Shown: positions 62,036 through 64,000 of the stretch, piece by piece
Position numbering within the stretch: position 1 is the stretch's first letter
How the letters are laid out: each line of letters starts with the position of its first letter
From: Mytilus trossulus
Lineage: Eukaryota
Reading direction: 5' to 3'
Assembly: GCF_036588685.1 (NCBI RefSeq)
Contig: NW_026963315.1
Span: forward strand, 2,914,001 to 2,978,000
Length of the DNA: 64,000 bases
Made by a program: the position numbers and the translations under genes
The notes under the pieces: model-generated
The model's database searches: none
Told to the model about the DNA's origin: nothing
The model's input: only the letters and a program-made list of their open reading frames with translations

Positions 62036-63712
62036 TTAAACGACTTTGTACATTGCTACCTTTCCGTTTTTATAACAAATCAGCAACGTTCTTTTATCTT
62101 TTTCATAGTAAATAGCTTGTGGAGACAGCAGTCCATCGGATTTTGAAAGAAGAGTTTTACTGTTTTTCCCGTCATTTTGTATTATTGTTAGGTTATCAGA
62201 AATATAACCCAAAACGTAAATGTTATGGTAATAATCTACTGTTATACCGTCAGGAAATAAAATGCTGTCACTTTCGAACTGCCATATTTCCTCCCCATTC
62301 AAATAACAACAATGTATCTTGTGCGTATTGCGATCTGCATAAAATATTCGGTCTTTGTTCGTGTCGATGTAGGATGCACCATCAGATACTGTTTTCATTG
62401 TTTTCATTTGTCTTCCAGATAAATTCAAGACTTGTATACTGGCTCCATGTACTACGTAAAGTTTTCCATCCACGTGAGATACTCCCAGGCAACTCTTTTG
62501 TAAACTTATTTTCTTTACTACATCGAAAGTTTTGTTGTTCATTATTTCTATATATAATGCGTCCCCGTATGTCACAACAATACGATTAAGATCTATCACG
62601 GCTATATCGTAAGGCGGACCAGATACTCGAATATCACGGATATGTTCACCTTTATCACTGTACTCTATTAAGATATGTTTCTCTATGTCATTCGCCATCA
62701 ATAAACGACCATTAGGGAATATGACACAACCTGTAACATTCAAGTTATGTTCACTCGTCATTTGAAATGATTGGATTAATCGAAGCTTTACGTCGGATAT
62801 GTTTCTTGTCGTTGGGACGTTGCTATCAATTTGAGCTTGTTCGAGTTTTGGATCTCTGATATCTAACATTGCGACGCATTCGGAGACCTTTATTCCACCA
62901 AATTCGTCAACATCGTTGGCCAGTTTTTCGATAAGGCTATGAATAGAAATTTTCAATTTGTAGTCCTTGGCAGCACCAATTTCACTTTTGATAGATTTTA
63001 CCTCGTTTATGATCTGCTTATTGATCTGACGCGTTCCTAGAAATACTTGTATGTCAGAAGAAAATTGTTTCATATTTATTGTTTGTTCCTTGAGTTTGGT
63101 TAGCTTGTCTTCTGTTGATTTCAGCCTCTGGAAAATTTTCATATATTTCGATTTGCAAGTTTGAGATGTTGATCTTAGTTCATGCAACACTTTTTCCTGT
63201 AGCTTGTCTAAGTGTCTATCGATTTTATTTCTCGTTTCAAGAACCATGGTTTTGACCTCAAGTTCTTGTTTTTCGATTTCCTTTGTAGCAGATTCACGAT
63301 TCTTGATGCATTGTTCAACGTTTCGTAGAGTTTCATCAATCGTCTGTTCTAGGTCAGATACGGCAGTTGATTGTCTTGAATTTGCTGAGTTAGTGCTAAT
63401 TGGTATAACATCAGAACATGCCTTGTGTTTTGACGGGACACAAACAACACAGAGAACTTCATCGTGATTTTTACAGAACCACTCCAGGGACTCTCCATGT
63501 TGCTCACAGACCTGGGAGATGGAAACATCTTTAATCTTACGTTAATCTTCTATTGTAATAACTTTATGGGTTCGGGATGTTTTGCTTTTTCTGTGAGCCA
63601 TTTCGCAAACTTCACATAATCCTTCTTCACAATTAGTACACCATTTACCTGCGTCTTTCGTGACATCATCAAACATACACGGTGCACAGGGTATATGTTT
63701 TGCAGAAGCCAT
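62036..63712 (-). pseudogene. TRIM-like paralog C, 558 codons with one premature TAA at codon 57 (63542-63544)
   Basis: MASAKHIPCAPC... starts at 63712 in the same frame as ORF 62036-63247; IED*RKI versus IEDYRKI in paralogs; no other stop found on manual translation. Confidence 0.8.
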
Positions 63713-64000
63713 TTTTAGTGCCTAAAAGATAAAAAAAAAAAAAAGATGTTTAAATTTCTGATAATCATTATCCATATGTGCATTGTTTGTTCGTGTAGAA
63801 GCTCTCCCCTTACTATGTATATGCCTATCTTCTGAAAACTCTTCACACAAGTTAATGATTTGTTTGGAAAATGTCTACATCCGATTTTGATATAAGCTAA
63901 CATTGATACCTTGGTTTGTTCCTTCCTAATAGAATTTCGGGAATTAAACATTGGTAAGCTACAGTGCCCTTATACAATAAGGTCTTCAGGCTGTCACATG

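Noticed and set aside
1466-63951. Many 60-150 aa ORFs in the ORF track (e.g. 5741-6178, 18258-18647, 29023-29253, 51899-52213, 62119-62589)
   Set aside because: Antisense or alternative frames of real exons, or chance ORFs in repeats; no recognisable domains.

Overview
AT-rich, intron-rich animal DNA, most likely a bivalve mollusc (Mytilus-like, inferred from the repeat families). Positions 915-40909 (+) hold the 3' part of an LRP2/megalin-like endocytic receptor gene. I reconstructed 33 GT-AG coding exons with consistent phases (5417 nt, about 1800 aa). They encode 8 LDLa repeats, 2 EGF, a YWTD propeller, EGF, 11 LDLa, 2 EGF, a second YWTD propeller, 2 EGF, a transmembrane helix and an FxNPxY tail. 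Positions 44363-63712 (-) hold three paralogous RING-less B-box/coiled-coil/beta-propeller (TRIM/NHL-like) genes: one intact, one with two 1-bp frameshifts and one with a single nonsense codon. The introns and intergenic DNA are full of MITEs, Helentron-type HINEs, a tRNA-SINE, and LINE and Penelope-like remnants. Three signals stand out. (1) Five separate LRP2 exon-intron junctions have been tandemly duplicated into arrays of decoy splice sites, including a 13-copy 55-bp acceptor array and a possible in-frame alternative acceptor in front of the transmembrane exon. (2) HINE elements in LRP2 introns are all co-oriented with the gene and mostly start just downstream of splice donors. (3) An intact minimal type I hammerhead ribozyme lies on the sense strand between two TRIM-like genes. 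All coordinates were read by eye and no searches were run.
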